From an uncultured delta proteobacterium (GTDB lineage: Bacteria > Myxococcota_A > Polyangia > Polyangiales > Polyangiaceae), in NCBI GenBank assembly GCA_963806225.1, contig CAWDXG010000004.1, positions 5,600,001 through 5,664,000 of the forward strand: a stretch of 64,000 nucleotides of DNA. The letters are read 5' to 3'. Below, piece by piece: positions 61,227 to 64,000 of this stretch. The notes below the pieces were generated by a model. It saw nothing but the letters and a program-made list of their open reading frames with translations, was not told the DNA's origin and made no database searches. Numbering within the stretch: position 1 is the first letter of the stretch; every line of letters starts with the position of its first letter. Made by a program: the position numbers and the translations under genes.

Positions 61227-63605
61227 TCATTTCCGGTCGGGGTGGAAGCGGGATTTCATGCCCGTGAACAGCTCGTGGAACCTCGTGTCGCGCAGCGGGG
61301 TGTTGCGGGCCCACTCGGTCGAACGGAACGGCAGCGCCGACTCGAACATCACCCACAGCGAGTCGTCGCTGACCCGCTCGGGCGTGTCCACCTGCTCGTC
61401 CGTCTGCGACAGCACGGTGTCGTAGGAGTTGGTGGAGATCCCGTGGGCCGTCAGGAGCGGGGTTACGAAGATCTGCCCCGGAGCGTAGCCCTCCTCGCCT
61501 GGCGATCGGATGACGCAGTTGATCTCGGCGGCGGCGTTCCGGTGCATGTACGGCGGACGGAAGCTGTGCTCGGCGATCTGCCAGCGCGGCGGGAACACCA
61601 CGAAGTCCGCGATCGCGCGGCCGTGATCGTCGAGCGGCGCGGTCAGCGCGGTGAGGATCGACGGGTCGGCGTGGTCGAACGTCACCGATCCCATGGCGTT
61701 GAACAGCAGCAGGTCGTAGGTGAACGGCGCGTGGGTCCCGTGCCAGGCGACGACGTCGAACGGCGAGTGCTCCTGCATGCCGGCGTACACCCTGCCGCCG
61801 GTCTTCGTGACGAACTGGAAGCCCGCCGGGCACAGCCGGTCCTCGAACGACGCCACCGGCGCCAGGAAGTGCCGCGCGTCCGCCAGCCCGTTCGAGCCGA
61901 TAGGTCCCCGCTCGGGCAGGCGCAGCTTGTTGCCGAATACTTCGAGGATGAAGCCGCGGGCTTTGCTGTCGGGCAGCCCGATCGCGAACTTCAGTGCGCG
62001 CGGGATCAGCAGCACCGTGCCCGGCGACGCCGAGAGCCAGCCAAGCTCCGTGCGGCAATGCAACGTGCCTTCCTGCGGCACGATCAGCAGATCGCCGTCC
62101 GCGTCGGCGAAGCAGCGGTCGACCATGTCGCTGTTCGCGGCATAGAGATGGACCGCGTAGCCCGGACCCGCCGTCGGATCCCCGGTCCCGCCGAGCGTCA
62201 CCAGGCCATCGAGGAAATCCGTCGGCTCGTCCGGAATGGGGATGGGCTGCCAGCGGCGGCGGTTGGGATCGACGGCGCCGAGCTCGGCGCAGAAGCGCGC
62301 GGGCGATAGCTCCACGAGCTCGTCGTGCGAGAACGACGCGCGGATCCGGTACATGAAGGTCCGCGAATTCTCCGCGCTCTTCACGGTAAACGGCGTCCCG
62401 TTCACGCACTCGATCAAGAGCCCATAGGCGGCGGGGTGCGGCATGTTCTGCCGCTTCGGCAGCGCGCCCGGAAGCGCTTCGGACTCGTGCGTCGAGCCGA
62501 GCCCGATCAGGTGGTGGAGCTCGTCCGGTGCACGGAGTGGGGGCACTTCGCCCTGCGGCTTCGGCCCGGACCAGGCCGCCTCCATCATCGCCACGAGGCG
62601 TCCGCGGTCGAGGCCGGACAGCGCCGGCGTTTCCAGCGCAGCATCCGCGGCTTTCGCGATGCCGTCGCGCGGCATCCCGAGCCCCTCGAGCGACAACGGC
62701 GCGCCTGTCGCGCGGGCCAGGCGCTCCATGCCGAGCGCGGGGTCGAGCACGCCGAGCGCGCGGGCGATCGCCGCCATGGCCTCCGGCGCCGCCTCGCGCT
62801 GGAACCGCACCACGTGAGGTAGGAGCACCGTGTGTGTGGCGGCGTGCGGCAGATCGAACAGGCCGCCGAGCACGTGGCACAGCTTGTGGTGGAGCCCCGA
62901 GCCTGCATCGGCGAAGGCCGCGCCGGCCAGGTAGGCGCCTTCGAGGGCTGCTTCGCGTGCGTCGCCGTCGTCGGGTGACGCGGCCAGGCGGGTCATGCTG
63001 CTCGCGATGAGCCGCAGCGCCTCTTCGGCGGCGAGCTTCGTGCCGCGATCGATATGCTCGTTCCAGAGCGCCTCGGCCGCGTGGGCCATGGCGTTCCACA
63101 GGCTCGTCACCGTCACGTCGCGCGGCAGCGCCCGTGTGAGCTCCGGGTCGTAGATCACCAGCGCGGGCCGCGCGCGTTCGTCGCGCCCGGTCTTCTTCTC
63201 GCCGCCGCTGGTCACGCCGTAGATCGAGGTCATTTCCGAGCCGGAATACGTGGTCGGGACCGCGATCACCCGGACCGGGCTGCGGAGCGCGATCGCCTTG
63301 CAGAGCCCGATGGCCGAACCGCCGCCGTAGGCGAGCACCGCGTCCGCGCCAGCTTTCGTCACAGCGCTCTGGGCCTGTTCCACCACTTCGGTTGGAACGT
63401 GCTGCCGCGCGATCGCCAGCGTCCCGACGCATCGCGCTCCCAGGCGGTCGGCCAGTTCCGTGGCGGCGGCCTTCCGGCCGGGCGTGCAGACGACCATGAC
63501 GCGCTGCGCGGCGAGATCAGCAAGCTCCCGTGGAATCCTATCCAATGCGCCCGTCGCGAAGACGACCCGGGTCGTGCCACGCTGCACTGAAAATCGCCTG
63601 CTCAT
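61227..63605 (-). CDS. hmgA: Fusion of a maleylacetate reductase-like (Fe-ADH family) domain and a homogentisate 1,2-dioxygenase-like domain
   Basis: N-half GGGSAIG, PTTYSGSE, NAMAHAAEAL, LHHKLCHVLGG; C-half ESEALPGALP, DGDLLIVPQEG, LPERGPIGSNGLA, HSPFDVVAWHG, DHADPSI, RPPYMHRN..E, AHG. Confidence 0.88.
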   Translation of the reverse strand: MSRRFSVQRGTTRVVFATGALDRIPRELADLAAQRVMVVCTPGRKAAATELADRLGARCVGTLAIARQHVPTEVVEQAQSAVTKAGADAVLAYGGGSAIGLCKAIALRSPVRVIAVPTTYSGSEMTSIYGVTSGGEKKTGRDERARPALVIYDPELTRALPRDVTVTSLWNAMAHAAEALWNEHIDRGTKLAAEEALRLIASSMTRLAASPDDGDAREAALEGAYLAGAAFADAGSGLHHKLCHVLGGLFDLPHAATHTVLLPHVVRFQREAAPEAMAAIARALGVLDPALGMERLARATGAPLSLEGLGMPRDGIAKAADAALETPALSGLDRGRLVAMMEAAWSGPKPQGEVPPLRAPDELHHLIGLGSTHESEALPGALPKRQNMPHPAAYGLLIECVNGTPFTVKSAENSRTFMYRIRASFSHDELVELSPARFCAELGAVDPNRRRWQPIPIPDEPTDFLDGLVTLGGTGDPTAGPGYAVHLYAANSDMVDRCFADADGDLLIVPQEGTLHCRTELGWLSASPGTVLLIPRALKFAIGLPDSKARGFILEVFGNKLRLPERGPIGSNGLADARHFLAPVASFEDRLCPAGFQFVTKTGGRVYAGMQEHSPFDVVAWHGTHAPFTYDLLLFNAMGSVTFDHADPSILTALTAPLDDHGRAIADFVVFPPRWQIAEHSFRPPYMHRNAAAEINCVIRSPGEEGYAPGQIFVTPLLTAHGISTNSYDTVLSQTDEQVDTPERVSDDSLWVMFESALPFRSTEWARNTPLRDTRFHELFTGMKSRFHPDRK

Positions 63606-63686
63606 TCGCGCGCTCCGTCCTTGTTATGATCTTGACGGATGCTTAGCATTGGCGCTCCGCACGCGACAAGCAAGGAGGGTCCATTC

Positions 63687-64000
63687 ATGAAGCTTCACTT
63701 CCATCCCGGTTCGACCACGTCACGCACAGTCATGCTGTTCTGCGCGGAATCGAAGGTCGACTACGAACCTGTTGTCGTCGACATCATGACCGGCGAGCAC
63801 ACGCGCGAGCCGTATCTGTCGCTGAATCCGAACGCGCAGGTTCCGGTGCTCGATGACGACGGCTTTCTCCTCACCGAATCGTCCGCGATTATCAAGTACC
63901 TGGCCGACAAGCACAACGCGTCGACCTACCCGAAGGACCTGAAGGCACGCGCCCGCGTAAACGAGCGCATGGACTGGTTCAACACGAACTACTACCGGGA
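63687..64000 (+). CDS. Glutathione S-transferase family protein (3' end outside window)
   Basis: RBS aaggagg; MKLHFHPGSTTSR..LNPNAQVPVLDDDGFLLTESSAIIKYL. Confidence 0.9.
   Translation, partial: MKLHFHPGSTTSRTVMLFCAESKVDYEPVVVDIMTGEHTREPYLSLNPNAQVPVLDDDGFLLTESSAIIKYLADKHNASTYPKDLKARARVNERMDWFNTNYYR

Overview
High-GC bacterial DNA whose gene content points to Myxococcota, probably Polyangiales (Ser/Thr kinase plus TPR/PEGA-like partner, MYXO-CTERM, many Cys-rich lipoproteins); this assignment is an inference. Positions ~1-4,500 and ~32,300-64,000 are mostly core genes: pssA, cpoB, ccsA-hemA-hemC-lpxK, gcvPB, two tRNA-Ser, guaB, pspA, jag-yidC-yidD-rnpA-rpmH. Between them is a ~27 kb accessory region. 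Its main feature is a probable diversity-generating retroelement (DGR) at ~10.9-15.1 kb: a Cys-rich surface lipoprotein ending in a DUF1566/CLec domain, an Avd-like gene, a candidate template repeat, a reverse transcriptase with a possible MutS-I-like tail, and a second DUF1566 target sharing a 47-nt 3' block with the first. The DGR ends a co-oriented kinase/receptor/lipoprotein array. After it come toxin-antitoxin genes and remnants, and repeated or truncated copies of one LuxR-type regulator that bracket cargo blocks. Also notable are a maleylacetate-reductase/homogentisate-dioxygenase fusion, a protein with MYXO-CTERM followed by a lipobox, and a perfect 16-bp inverted repeat upstream of the heme operon. 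Caveat: 7-17 kb has many frameshifts and four poly-A tracts that look like sequencing or assembly artefacts, so the template repeat and the RT N-terminus cannot be read reliably.
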